Part shown: positions 51,346-60,948 of the stretch, in pieces
Layout: each line of letters opens with the position of its first letter
How positions within the stretch are numbered: position 1 is the stretch's first letter
From: an uncultured Acidobacteriaceae bacterium
Lineage (GTDB): Bacteria; Acidobacteriota; Terriglobia; Terriglobales; Acidobacteriaceae
Length of the DNA stretch: 64,000 nt
Assembly: GCA_963786095.1 (NCBI GenBank)
Contig: CAWAXV010000038.1
Coordinates: 32,982 to 96,981, forward strand
Direction: 5' to 3'
The notes under the pieces: model-generated
What the model was told of the DNA's origin: nothing
Database searches by the model: none
What the model saw: only the letters and a program-made list of their open reading frames with translations
Translations under genes and position numbers: made by a program

Positions 51346-52078
51346 TATCGCGCTGCTGATGATATTCGTCACGGGCATGGCAGGAGGTTCGGACCAAGCT
51401 GTGTCGAACCAAGCCATGTCGGACCGGGCCGTGATCGAGAGCGTCCAGGCAACTCGAGATGTTCCTCTGCATCTCGATCCCACGTCCGAATTCTGGCGTG
51501 CCTCACGTCCCGTGTACATGGAGAAAGATGGTTTCGGAAAGGTTGTTCCCCGGTATCGCACCGAGGTCCGCACGCGCTGGACGAAGAACAATCTTTACTT
51601 TCTGTTCGTCTGCCCCTACGAGGAACTTCACCTTAAGCCTTCGCCCAACGCCCAGAAGGAAACGAACGAACTATGGAATTGGGACGTCGCCGAAGTCTTC
51701 GTCGGCTCCGATTTTACGAACATCAAGCGCTACAAGGAGTTTGAAGTATCTCCGCAGGGCGAATGGGTTGACCTCGATATCGACCTGAGCAAGCCGCATC
51801 ACGAAGACGGATGGACCTGGAACTCCGGCTTCGAAGTGAAGGCGCGCATTGATGAAGGCACGCACACCTGGTACGGAGCGATGCGCATTCCCTTGGCTGC
51901 GATTGACGCGCGTCCCCCAGTCGCCGGAAACACTATGCGCATCAACCTGTTTCGGAGCCAGGGATCGCCTCCGCATCAGCAAGAGGTAACATGGCAGCCT
52001 CCAATGAAGGACTCGTTTCACGTTCCTGAACGTTTCGGGTTAATCCGGCTCGTAGAGAGATCCGTGGAGAAAAAATAA
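51329..52078 (+). CDS. Secreted carbohydrate-binding family 9-like domain protein
   Basis: Signal-like MNGFANIALLMIFVTGMAGG. Pattern: WTKNNLYFLFVC...WNWDVAEVFVG...YKEFEVSPQGEWVDL...W.GAMRIPL...NLFR...HVPERFG. Confidence 0.55.
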   Translation: MNGFANIALLMIFVTGMAGGSDQAVSNQAMSDRAVIESVQATRDVPLHLDPTSEFWRASRPVYMEKDGFGKVVPRYRTEVRTRWTKNNLYFLFVCPYEELHLKPSPNAQKETNELWNWDVAEVFVGSDFTNIKRYKEFEVSPQGEWVDLDIDLSKPHHEDGWTWNSGFEVKARIDEGTHTWYGAMRIPLAAIDARPPVAGNTMRINLFRSQGSPPHQQEVTWQPPMKDSFHVPERFGLIRLVERSVEKK

Positions 52079-52083
52079 TTCGC

Positions 52084-53895
52084 ATGCGTACATCGACTAT
52101 CAACAGAGTTGTCCTGCTCGCCACCTTCGCAATTCTGACTCTCATTCCGCAATTTGCTTTTGCCGCCGATCCTTATACCGTGACCGTGGAACACGGCGTC
52201 GCGGTGACGATGCGCGACGGCACCGTACTTCGCGCTGATATTTACCGGCCAACTGCATCGGGAAGATTTCCCGTTCTCCTCACGCGAACTCCGTACGATA
52301 AACATAGTGACGGTGATGTTGACTTCGGCCATAAGGGCGCAGCCCGCGGTTATGTCGTAATCAACCAGGATGTTCGCGGACGCTACACATCCGACGGCGA
52401 ATGGTATCCCTTCCTCCACGAATCGAACGACGGCTACGACACCATCGAATGGGCGGCGGCGTTACCTTATTCCGATGGCAGGGTAGGAATGTACGGAGGC
52501 TCGTATGTCGGGGCCACCCAGATGCTGGCCGCGATCGCACATCCGCCGCATCTTGCGGGAATATGTCCGGTCGTAACCGCCAGCAATTATCACGATGGAT
52601 GGACGTACCAGGGCGGCGCCTTCGAACAGTGGTTCAACGAATCGTGGACTTCAGGTCTGGCCCAGGACACGCTGAACCGCTTCGTGCAACACCACACAAA
52701 TGCATTGAACGGCATCGCAAAACTTCCTCTCACTCAATACCCGCTCTTTCCATTACCGCAGGCATCTTCCGATGCGGACCTGCTGCATTCTCTGGCTCCT
52801 TACTTTCTCGACTGGGCGGCTCATCCCGCTTATGACGAGTATTGGAAGAGGTGGTCCATTGAGGATCACTACGCCGACATCGGTGTACCCTCGCTGACAG
52901 TCGCGGCCTGGTATGACATTTTTCTGGGTGGATCCTTACGCAACTACGTCGGAGTGAAGTTGCATGGCAAGGACGAAGACGTGCGACGCGGACAACGTCT
53001 CCTGGTGACGATCGGTGGACACGCCGGTTCCTCCCGCAAGGTTGGCGACGTAGATTTCGGCCCCACCGCCCCGTTTGACGAAGATGAAACTACTTTGAGC
53101 TGGTATGACTTTCTCTTCAAGAACGTTGCCAATGATTTTTCCCATCCCAAGCCCGTAAAACTTTTCGTGATGGGCGCTAACCAATGGCGCGAGGAGGACG
53201 GCTGGCCCCTCGCTCGCGCCCGCAGCACAAAATACTTTCTGCATTCCGCCGGAAAGGCGAACTCAGCGACGGGTGACGGTAGTCTGGTCACGGCAACTCC
53301 TGCCTCGGACAAACCTGGCTCGGACAAGCCTGACCAGTACGTCTACGATCCTGCGAACCCAGCGCCCACGGTCGGTGGTCCTTTGTGTTGTGACTGGGGA
53401 CACCTCGGCCCCGGGCCCCGCGACCAGCGCACCGTAGAAGCGCGCTCCGATGTGCTGGTCTACTCGACGCCTCCATTGGAGCAGGACCTTGAAGTAACGG
53501 GACCTGTTCAACTCGAACTCTTTGCCAAGTCCTCCGCCGTTGACACCGACTTTACAGCCAAGTTGGTGGACGTCGGGCCAGACGGATTCGCGCAAAATGT
53601 CACGGAAGGAATTGTTCGCGCGCGCTATCGCAATTCGCAGGAAAAGACAGAACTCATGAACCCAGGCCAGATTTATAAGTTCACTGTGGACCTGTGGGCA
53701 ACCGCCAACGTCTTTCGCAAGGGACACACGTTGCGACTGGAGGTCAGCAGCAGCAATTTTCCGCGTTTCGATAAGAACCTGAATACGGGTGAGAACGCTG
53801 CTATCGGCGGAAAGTCAACACCGGCTACGAACACGATCTATCACGATGCCGAGCATCCCTCGGCACTCGTCATTCCTATAGTGCCGACCACCTGA
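52084..53895 (+). CDS. CocE/NonD family hydrolase (X-Pro dipeptidyl-peptidase S15-like), secreted
   Basis: Intact 603-aa ORF with FPVLLTRTPYDK, YVVINQDVRGRYTSDG, DGRVGMYGGSYVGATQ, and a C-terminal beta-sandwich (HTLRLEVSSSNFPRFD). Confidence 0.85.
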   Translation: MRTSTINRVVLLATFAILTLIPQFAFAADPYTVTVEHGVAVTMRDGTVLRADIYRPTASGRFPVLLTRTPYDKHSDGDVDFGHKGAARGYVVINQDVRGRYTSDGEWYPFLHESNDGYDTIEWAAALPYSDGRVGMYGGSYVGATQMLAAIAHPPHLAGICPVVTASNYHDGWTYQGGAFEQWFNESWTSGLAQDTLNRFVQHHTNALNGIAKLPLTQYPLFPLPQASSDADLLHSLAPYFLDWAAHPAYDEYWKRWSIEDHYADIGVPSLTVAAWYDIFLGGSLRNYVGVKLHGKDEDVRRGQRLLVTIGGHAGSSRKVGDVDFGPTAPFDEDETTLSWYDFLFKNVANDFSHPKPVKLFVMGANQWREEDGWPLARARSTKYFLHSAGKANSATGDGSLVTATPASDKPGSDKPDQYVYDPANPAPTVGGPLCCDWGHLGPGPRDQRTVEARSDVLVYSTPPLEQDLEVTGPVQLELFAKSSAVDTDFTAKLVDVGPDGFAQNVTEGIVRARYRNSQEKTELMNPGQIYKFTVDLWATANVFRKGHTLRLEVSSSNFPRFDKNLNTGENAAIGGKSTPATNTIYHDAEHPSALVIPIVPTT

Positions 53896-53946
53896 GTAAC
53901 AATGGCCGTCTTCGACCCCGGTCCGTAACTTATCGCAGGAGATTCC

Positions 53947-54981
53947 ATGCTAAACCGCACGTCGAAACGCATCTTCCTTGCCCCCGCACCACGAACGGTA
54001 TCCGACATTTTCGATGACAAAGATCTGGGTCGGTTGCGCGCCATTGGAGACGTGGTGATTCACGAAGATGGCCCCGTCACAGATGCAATCTTCGAAGAGA
54101 ACGCCGCGAAAGCAGAAATCATCATCGGCCAGATCGACCTGCCCGAAGCACGCCTGAAGCGTGCCACGTCGCTGAGAGCAGTCTTCAATGTGGAGGGAAA
54201 TTTTCTTGCTAACGTTGACTACGCCTACTGCTTTCGACACGGCATACGTGTGCTCAATATAAGTCCGGTATTCGCTGAGCCGGTAGCCGAGGCGGCGTTG
54301 GGCATGGCCATTGACCTCGCCCGCGGCATCACCCGATCAGATCGTCATTTCCGCCAAGGCGCGGAGCAGTATGGACTGGAGGCAAACGCCGAGGCCTTCT
54401 CTCTTTTCCGCCAGGCGATAGGTTTTATCGGGTTAGGCGATCTCGGTCGTGCGATCGTACCGTTGCTTCGCCCATTCGATTGCCGCATTCGCGCATACGA
54501 CCCGTGGCTATCGGCGGAATATATTCAGTCTTTGGGGTGCGAGGCCTCTTCCCTCGATGAGGTCCTGCGGAGCTCGCGCCTTATTTTCGTGGTCGCAGGG
54601 GCCACGTCGCAGAATCAGGGCTTTCTGGGGGCAAGTCAGTTTTCCTTAATGCAACCGGGAGCCGCATTGGTCCTGGTCAGCCGCGCAGCTGTCGTGGATT
54701 TTGACGCCATGCTCGACTTCGCTGCGAAAGGGCTCATCCGCGTCGCGACCGACGTTTTTCCCGAGGAACCCCTGCCTGCCTCACACCGGGCACGGTCCAC
54801 CGATAATGCAATTCTCTGCGCGCATCAGGCCGGCGCAATGGAAATCGCGATCAAACAGATTGGGAAGCTGGTTGTTGCGGACGCAGAACTGATTGCCCGC
54901 GGGCTTCCACCGATTCTATGCAAAGTTGCACAGCCTGAGACTGTTCGCCTGTTTCGGAGTAAACCCGTCAGCAAAACTTGA
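53947..54981 (+). CDS. D-isomer-specific 2-hydroxyacid dehydrogenase family protein (intact paralogue-type of 46628-47661)
   Basis: IGFIGLGDLGRAIV NAD-binding motif and SRAAVVDFDAMLDFAAKGLIRVATDVFPEEP. Intact 344-aa ORF. Confidence 0.75.
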   Translation: MLNRTSKRIFLAPAPRTVSDIFDDKDLGRLRAIGDVVIHEDGPVTDAIFEENAAKAEIIIGQIDLPEARLKRATSLRAVFNVEGNFLANVDYAYCFRHGIRVLNISPVFAEPVAEAALGMAIDLARGITRSDRHFRQGAEQYGLEANAEAFSLFRQAIGFIGLGDLGRAIVPLLRPFDCRIRAYDPWLSAEYIQSLGCEASSLDEVLRSSRLIFVVAGATSQNQGFLGASQFSLMQPGAALVLVSRAAVVDFDAMLDFAAKGLIRVATDVFPEEPLPASHRARSTDNAILCAHQAGAMEIAIKQIGKLVVADAELIARGLPPILCKVAQPETVRLFRSKPVSKT

Positions 54982-55044
54982 GAGAACACTTAGAGCAGAG
55001 ACAAGCCGAGTGAGGTGTTTTTGGGATCAGCTGGAAAGAATTGG

Positions 55045-55383
55045 TTACCGTTCAAGTTTAAAGATCCTGTCCATCAAAATCCATTTTTCTCCTGGGGCAG
55101 CTTGTGGCAGCGGACGCTGGAATTTCCACATGAGCTCCTCCCATTCGCGAACTTTCGGATTCGCGCCGTCCGCGAGTGCCTTTGCCTCGAATGAAAAGTT
55201 GTCGTTAACGTCCAGGATCATAAAAAGGCGTGTTCCCAACGAGTAGATCTCGGCATCTTCAACGCCGGATTGTTTAAGGCTCGCGGTGATCTCCGGCCAG
55301 ATGCGCTCGTGATAACGCTTGTATTCTGCGATCAGCTTCGGGTCATCCTGCAAATCGAGGGTAAGACAATATCGTTCGCTCAT
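55045..55383 (-). CDS. L-rhamnose mutarotase family protein (likely L-fucose mutarotase here)
   Basis: 112 aa: YCLTLDLQDDPKLIAEYKRYHERIWPEI...FMILDVND...EWEELMWKFQ. Its start overlaps the fucP stop (ATGA). Confidence 0.8.
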   Translation of the reverse strand: MSERYCLTLDLQDDPKLIAEYKRYHERIWPEITASLKQSGVEDAEIYSLGTRLFMILDVNDNFSFEAKALADGANPKVREWEELMWKFQRPLPQAAPGEKWILMDRIFKLER

Positions 55384-56690
55384 TTTGCTTCACTCGAGGC
55401 AACGTGCAAGATCGGGTCAGCAGCACCGAGGACTGAAGGTCGATGTCCGCGCACGGCGAAATAGAGAATGTAGACATGGCAGAGCAAAGGAACAAAGAAG
55501 GCTCTTTGAATGTTGGATGCGTCTGAGATCCTGCCCATCACGGCTGGAATAGCGGCTCCCCCAATGATCGACATGACCAGCAACGACGATCCTAACTTCG
55601 TATAGGAGCCAAGATCTCTCAGACTTAGGGCAAAGATCGTTGGAAACATGATCGAATGAAAGAAACCGACTAAAACTACCGCCCAGACCGGAATCTGGCC
55701 CGACGCAAGTGAAACGAGTGTGAGACAAACAAGCGACCCCAGGGCAAAAAAACTGAGCAGATTCGCAGCGGGAATTTTCTTCATGACGGCTGAACCTGAA
55801 AAGCGCCCGAGCATGAATCCCAACATGTGCAGCTGCAAATAGTGCGCCGCGACCTTTTCGTGTGTTCCAGGAATCTCGTGCTCGGCGAAACGGATGATGA
55901 AGCTCGCTACCCCGACCTGCGCGCCAACATAGAAGAATTGAGCAATCACCCCTCTAACAAGATGAGAATGAGCCCAAACCCCACTTAGACGCGCTGACGA
56001 CGATTCCACTTCGCGGCTCTCGCGAATTTCCGGCAAGTGCGAGAAGTAAATCAAAATGGCAACACACAGAAAAATTCCAGTAATCGCGAGGTACGGCAGC
56101 TTCACCATGTTCGCTTCGGAGGCGCGGTAGGCGAGCAGTTGCGCCGGATTCATCGCCGCCAGTTCACTCGGGGTGTGCTCGATTCCAGAAAGGATGAACG
56201 CGGCCCCGAGCAATGGCGTCACCACAGCGCCAACGGAATTGAATGACTGAGCGAAGTTCAGCCGCCGCTCTGAGCTTTCAGGGGGACCTAGCCGAGTCAC
56301 ATACGGATTCGCTGCCACTTCCAGAAAGGACTGGCCGCAGGCCATCACGAAGAGCGCGAACAGAAAAAATCCGTACGTGCGAACCGATGCGGCAGGGATA
56401 AACAGGAGTGCTCCCGCCGAGCAAATCAACAATCCGGTCAGGATACCTCGCTTGTACCCAATCCTCTGCATCAGCCAGCCGGCCGGAAGCGCGGCGAGGA
56501 AATATCCTCCGAAGAAGGCGGATTGAATGAGAGACGATTGAAAATCCGTCAGGCTAAAGGCTTTTTTCAGGTGAGGGATGAGAATGTCGTTGAGATTGAC
56601 ACCAATGGCCCACAGAAAAAAGAGGCTGGTCACTAGGGCGAACGGAACGATGTATCGTCTGTCAGTCAGAGGCCCGGAAGTCCCTGTCAT
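55380..56690 (-). CDS. fucP: L-fucose:H+ symporter permease (MFS)
   Basis: PFALVTSLFFLWAIGVNLNDILIPHLKKAFSLTDFQSSLIQSAFFGGYFLAALPAGWLMQRIGYKRGI is the characteristic FucP N-terminal region. Confidence 0.85.
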   Translation of the reverse strand: MTGTSGPLTDRRYIVPFALVTSLFFLWAIGVNLNDILIPHLKKAFSLTDFQSSLIQSAFFGGYFLAALPAGWLMQRIGYKRGILTGLLICSAGALLFIPAASVRTYGFFLFALFVMACGQSFLEVAANPYVTRLGPPESSERRLNFAQSFNSVGAVVTPLLGAAFILSGIEHTPSELAAMNPAQLLAYRASEANMVKLPYLAITGIFLCVAILIYFSHLPEIRESREVESSSARLSGVWAHSHLVRGVIAQFFYVGAQVGVASFIIRFAEHEIPGTHEKVAAHYLQLHMLGFMLGRFSGSAVMKKIPAANLLSFFALGSLVCLTLVSLASGQIPVWAVVLVGFFHSIMFPTIFALSLRDLGSYTKLGSSLLVMSIIGGAAIPAVMGRISDASNIQRAFFVPLLCHVYILYFAVRGHRPSVLGAADPILHVASSEAK

Positions 56691-56700
56691 TTTCTCCCCA

Positions 56701-57483
56701 CTAGGTCAAAGCGCGATCGAGATGCACGTAGCCGCCGTCGACGAACAGGTGTTGACCTGTAATGTGAGCCGCCCTGAATGAAATCATAAAGACCACCATT
56801 GCGGCAATTTCTTCGGCGTGCGTCATTCGCTTTCCCAACGGAATTTTGGCAACGATGCCCTTTAACTTTTCATCGGGATTCGGAAAAGTTGAGAGCCATT
56901 GCTGATAGAGCGGTGTCATTACTTCTGCGGGCACCACGGCGTTGACGCGGATCTCAAAGGGAAGCAGTTCAACTGCCCATTCGCGAGTGAGGGCGAGGAT
57001 AGCCCCCTTGGAGGATGCGTAGCCGGAGGTTCCTCCTTGCCCCGTGATGGCGGTCTTCGAACTTATGTTCACGATCGATCCGCGCGATTGTTTGAGGTGC
57101 GGCAGTGCATAGTACGCCATGTTGTAGTAATGAAGCAGGTTTCGCTGCAGCGAGGCAACGTATTGCTCAGGACTGCCGTGCTCGAGGCCGACGCGGTCGT
57201 TGACGCCGGCATTATTGATCAAGGCATCAATGCGGCCCCACTCTTTTTCGCAGTGGTCCACCGCCTTGCTGCATTGCTCGGCCGATATCAAATCAATCTC
57301 GATGAAAGAAGCTCGCGCTCCACGTTGACTGAGTTCCGTGCGAAGGCCCTCTCCCGCATCGGCGTCGCGATCCGCGATGACCGTGATCGCCTCCTCGGTG
57401 GCGAGGGCCCGCGCGGTGGCCGCGCCGATCCCCTTGGCGCCCCCCGTAATTAATACAACCTTATCGCGCAGCTGCAGGTTCAT
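56701..57483 (-). CDS. SDR family oxidoreductase (candidate L-fucose dehydrogenase)
   Basis: The start is taken at MNLQLRDKVVLITGGAKGIGAA (57483). YASSK catalytic motif. Function is inferred from position in the fucose locus. Confidence 0.75.
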   Translation of the reverse strand: MNLQLRDKVVLITGGAKGIGAATARALATEEAITVIADRDADAGEGLRTELSQRGARASFIEIDLISAEQCSKAVDHCEKEWGRIDALINNAGVNDRVGLEHGSPEQYVASLQRNLLHYYNMAYYALPHLKQSRGSIVNISSKTAITGQGGTSGYASSKGAILALTREWAVELLPFEIRVNAVVPAEVMTPLYQQWLSTFPNPDEKLKGIVAKIPLGKRMTHAEEIAAMVVFMISFRAAHITGQHLFVDGGYVHLDRALT

Positions 57484-58321
57484 GATTCGAGACTTTGAGG
57501 CCGTAAAACGAAATCGCATTCAAACCGAATATTCTCTCTTGCTGTTGCAGAGGAAGGTCCTGAACATAGTTCGCAACCAACTGCTTGACCCTGCTGTACG
57601 TGCCCGCAACCAGGCAGACCGGCCAATCCGACCCGAACATGACGCGGTCCGGCCCGAAGGCTTCAAAGACGACATCGAGAAATGGTTCGAAATCTGCGCT
57701 TCGCCAATTTTTCCAATCGGCTTCTGTGACCATCCCCGAAACCTTGCAGCAGACGTTGCGGTTGCCGGCAAGAGTGCGTAGTTGCCGCGCCCATGGCTCG
57801 ATTTCGCGCGTGTGGATGGATGGCTTTGCCAAGTGATCAAGCACAAATCGCTGGTCGGGAAGTTTCTCAACCAATTCGGTTGCTGAGTCCAGCTGGTGTG
57901 GATAGATCAAGATGTCGTAACAAAAGTTAAATTCTTGCAGACGCCCGATTCCCTCAAGGACATCTTTCCTTACGAGGAAGTGATCATCGGGCTCCGACTG
58001 AGCGATATGCCGGAACCCGCACAGCTTTTCGAAGCGAGAGAAATACTCGAGACGCTGAGCCAAGTTTGAAGCGCAGAGATTTACCCAGCCCACCACTCCT
58101 TTGATCCCCTGATATCGCGAGGCCAATTCAAGCAGGAAGTTGGTTTCGTTTTCCGACTGATCCACTTGTACTGCGATGCACCCATCCATTTGGTTGAGGC
58201 GCAGCTCAGGAAGGAGATCCTCAGGCAGGAAATCGCGGCGGATCGCGGACATCTCATCGGTGATCCAGCCGTGTGTGGCTGCGTTGTAACGCCAGAAATG
58301 CTGATGGGAATCGATATGCAT
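57461..58321 (-). CDS. Amidohydrolase-2 family lactonase (candidate L-fucono-1,5-lactonase)
   Basis: MHIDSHQHFW...VLDHLAKP...MFGSDWPVC, the typical Amidohydro_2 sugar lactonase pattern. It overlaps the downstream SDR start by 23 nt. Confidence 0.8.
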   Translation of the reverse strand: MHIDSHQHFWRYNAATHGWITDEMSAIRRDFLPEDLLPELRLNQMDGCIAVQVDQSENETNFLLELASRYQGIKGVVGWVNLCASNLAQRLEYFSRFEKLCGFRHIAQSEPDDHFLVRKDVLEGIGRLQEFNFCYDILIYPHQLDSATELVEKLPDQRFVLDHLAKPSIHTREIEPWARQLRTLAGNRNVCCKVSGMVTEADWKNWRSADFEPFLDVVFEAFGPDRVMFGSDWPVCLVAGTYSRVKQLVANYVQDLPLQQQERIFGLNAISFYGLKVSNHEPAAAR

Positions 58322-58349
58322 GTGGGTAGCCGAGCCGGTGCCGGCGTTG

Positions 58350-59171
58350 TCAGCCGTGCAGTTTCAAGAATCCTCCGTCAATTGGGTAGTCCGTTCCGGT
58401 AATGAACGCAGCCTCGTCCGAACACAAGAACAGCGCGAGTGAAGCGACTTCGTCGGGCTGCCCCATACGGCCGATAGGTTGAGTTTGTGAGAGTTTGGCA
58501 AACATCTCCTGCTCTCGGCCGGGATAGTTCTGCTGCAGGTATCCGTCGACAAAGGGCGTGTGCACCCGAGCCGGGGAGATGCTGTTGCAACGGATCTTGT
58601 GCTGCAAGTAATCTTTCGCCACTGAGTACGTCATGGCGACCACGGCACCTTTGCTCATGGAATAAGCGAATCGATCTGCGAGACCTGACCATGCCGCAAT
58701 CGACGCCATATTCAGAACTACTCCCCCGCCATTTTCTTTCATATGGCCGATCGTCGCGCGCATGCAATTGTAGTAGCCTCTGACATTGACCTGAAACACG
58801 CGGTCAAATTCCACTTCCGTCGTCTTTTCCAGATTTCCGACGTGCGCGATCCCAGCATTATTGACGAGGATATGAATCCTTTCCAGCGCAAAGATTTTGT
58901 CAAAGACCGTGTTGACTTCTGCTTGCTGGGTAACGTCGCAGCGACCGGTTCGGGCCTTGCCACCATCCTTCAGGATTTGTTCAGCGGCGCTCTCTGCAGC
59001 TCCAAGGTTGATATCGAGAATGTGGACGTGAGCGCCGTTCGCCGCAAACTTGCGGGCAATAGCGAAGCCTATGCCACTGGCAGCCCCCGTAATGATGGCC
59101 GCCTTGCCATCAAGGCGAAATGAACTTGAATTCTCCGTCGAACCTTTCAGAGCGAAACTCCTCTCTTCCAC
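58350..59171 (-). CDS. SDR family oxidoreductase (candidate 2-keto-3-deoxy-L-fuconate dehydrogenase)
   Basis: GKAAIITGAASGIGFAIA, YSMSK, and FITGTDYPIDGG. The exact start is uncertain because it overlaps the uxaA-like stop by 25 nt. Confidence 0.75.
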   Translation of the reverse strand: MEERSFALKGSTENSSSFRLDGKAAIITGAASGIGFAIARKFAANGAHVHILDINLGAAESAAEQILKDGGKARTGRCDVTQQAEVNTVFDKIFALERIHILVNNAGIAHVGNLEKTTEVEFDRVFQVNVRGYYNCMRATIGHMKENGGGVVLNMASIAAWSGLADRFAYSMSKGAVVAMTYSVAKDYLQHKIRCNSISPARVHTPFVDGYLQQNYPGREQEMFAKLSQTQPIGRMGQPDEVASLALFLCSDEAAFITGTDYPIDGGFLKLHG

Positions 59172-60826
59172 GGGATGAAGTCATCTTGCGCCAGGACCTC
59201 AGCTTTCGTTTTAGCCTGGCCACTCGCAATGCGAATGACCGTATCCAAAATTATTTCTCCGGTCTGCTCGACACTTGTTTCTTCAGACAAGATGGACCCC
59301 GTGTCGATGTCGATAATGTCGGGCATCCGCGCAGCCAGTTCCGAGTTGGTTGAGATCTTCACGACGGGCGCAATTGGATTTCCCGTCGGAGTGCCCAGAC
59401 CCGTAGTAAACAGAACGATGTTTGCGCCTGCGCCAACCTGAGCGGTTACGCACTCCACATCGTTGCCGGGCGTGCACTGTAAATTCAACCCCGGCTGCGT
59501 GCAATATTCGGGATAATCGAGCACGGCCTTTACCGGCGAAATGCCCCCTTTTCTCGCAGCGCCGGCAGACTTCATCGCGTCGGTAATGAGGCCATCGCGG
59601 ATGTTTCCCGGTGATGGATTCATATCGAAGCCGGAACGGACGGCGCTGGCCCGGTCTGCGTAGTCCCGCATCAGATGAGCGAATTTCTCTGCAACGGCGT
59701 CGTCTGCACTGCGGTCCAGCAATTCCTGCTCGACGCCGCACAGTTCGGGAAATTCTGACAGGATGCTCCTTCCGCCAACCGCGGCGATGAGGTCGGAGAC
59801 GTGCCCGACGGCGGGATTCGCCGATATACCGGAAAATCCGTCGGACCCGCCGCACTTCAAGCCAACACATAAATTCGAAATGGCGGCCGGAGCGCGACTT
59901 TTCTTGTTCTCCTCCACCAAGCCAAGAAAAGTAGCCTCAATTGCTCTCGATAGCAGATTAAATTCTGACCCACTCTGTTGCTGGTCAAAAACCAGGAGAG
60001 GCTTGGCGAAATTCGGATCGCGGCGCTTGATCTCTTCACGTAAAATCGCGACCTGCGAGTTCTGACAACCGAGGCTGAGGATGGTCGCGCCCGCGACATT
60101 CGGATGATGAATATATCCTGCAATCAGCGCGCACAAATTGTTGGAGTCCTCTCGCGTTCCACCGCAGCCACCCTCGTGAATGAGGAACTTGACACCGTCG
60201 ACGTTTTCGAAGATTTTTCGCGTAGACGATGTTGGCGGAATCTTACTCCCCGAACTGGCCAGTCCAGGTTGCAAGCTGCCCCCCTGATAGCGGTTCACCA
60301 ATTCCGCCAGTTGCTGACGATAGATTTGGGGGGGGGCAAACCCTAACTCCTCTTCAAAGGCTTGCTTCATGACTGCGATGTTTCGGTTCTCGCAGAAGAC
60401 CAGGGGCGCCACCAGCCAGTAATTCCGGGTTCCGACCTGGCCGTCTGAGCGGTGATACCCGAGGAACGTCCGTTGTTTCCAGCCGCTGACATCAGGCGGT
60501 GTCCACTCGTATACCTGTGATTTTTGACGAAATGGTGACGCGTCGTGAACGGTGTTGCGAGTGGTCAGGGCCTCGCCCGCCTCAATGGGCTCTCTCGCTT
60601 TACCGACAAGAACACCGTACATAATGACAGCGGCGCCGGGAGCAAGCTTCTCGGTTGTAAATTTGTGCTTGGCTGAAACATTGGAGTGCAACTGCAGCGA
60701 GTTGCCCGACCAGTGGATGATCTGACCTCTTCCAAGGTTGCGCAAGGCGATCAGCACGTTATCCCGTGGATCAACCTGAAGGATTCCTGCGTGCAGATCT
60801 GCGTGGCTTGTTAAATTCGAATTCAC
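59147..60826 (-). CDS. UxaA-family (altronate dehydratase-like) sugar-acid dehydratase, candidate L-fuconate dehydratase
   Basis: Intact 559-aa ORF with a GTG start. N-terminal SAF-type domain (LQVDPRDNVLIALRNL), then HEGGCGG...LGCQ...GLKCGGSD...FTTGLGTPTG, typical of the UxaA/GarD family. Confidence 0.8.
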   Translation of the reverse strand: MNSNLTSHADLHAGILQVDPRDNVLIALRNLGRGQIIHWSGNSLQLHSNVSAKHKFTTEKLAPGAAVIMYGVLVGKAREPIEAGEALTTRNTVHDASPFRQKSQVYEWTPPDVSGWKQRTFLGYHRSDGQVGTRNYWLVAPLVFCENRNIAVMKQAFEEELGFAPPQIYRQQLAELVNRYQGGSLQPGLASSGSKIPPTSSTRKIFENVDGVKFLIHEGGCGGTREDSNNLCALIAGYIHHPNVAGATILSLGCQNSQVAILREEIKRRDPNFAKPLLVFDQQQSGSEFNLLSRAIEATFLGLVEENKKSRAPAAISNLCVGLKCGGSDGFSGISANPAVGHVSDLIAAVGGRSILSEFPELCGVEQELLDRSADDAVAEKFAHLMRDYADRASAVRSGFDMNPSPGNIRDGLITDAMKSAGAARKGGISPVKAVLDYPEYCTQPGLNLQCTPGNDVECVTAQVGAGANIVLFTTGLGTPTGNPIAPVVKISTNSELAARMPDIIDIDTGSILSEETSVEQTGEIILDTVIRIASGQAKTKAEVLAQDDFIPWKRGVSL

Positions 60827-60888
60827 CCGATTATTCTCTCCCAGTCTGAGTCCAACACGGACCTGATTTTGCGTCCATATAGTAAATT

Positions 60889-60907
60889 CTCGTTTGCGTA
60901 AAACGAG
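60889..60907. promoter_or_regulatory. Inverted repeat CTCGTTT-GCGTA-AAACGAG upstream of the uxaA-like gene (candidate operator)
   Basis: 7-bp arms with a 5-nt spacer, 63-81 nt upstream of the GTG at 60826, inside an AT-rich stretch. A TATAT box lies just downstream on the minus strand. Confidence 0.3.
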
Positions 60908-60948
60908 CCCATGTGACCTTACCGTCGATAGTTGATAGCTTACGCTCT

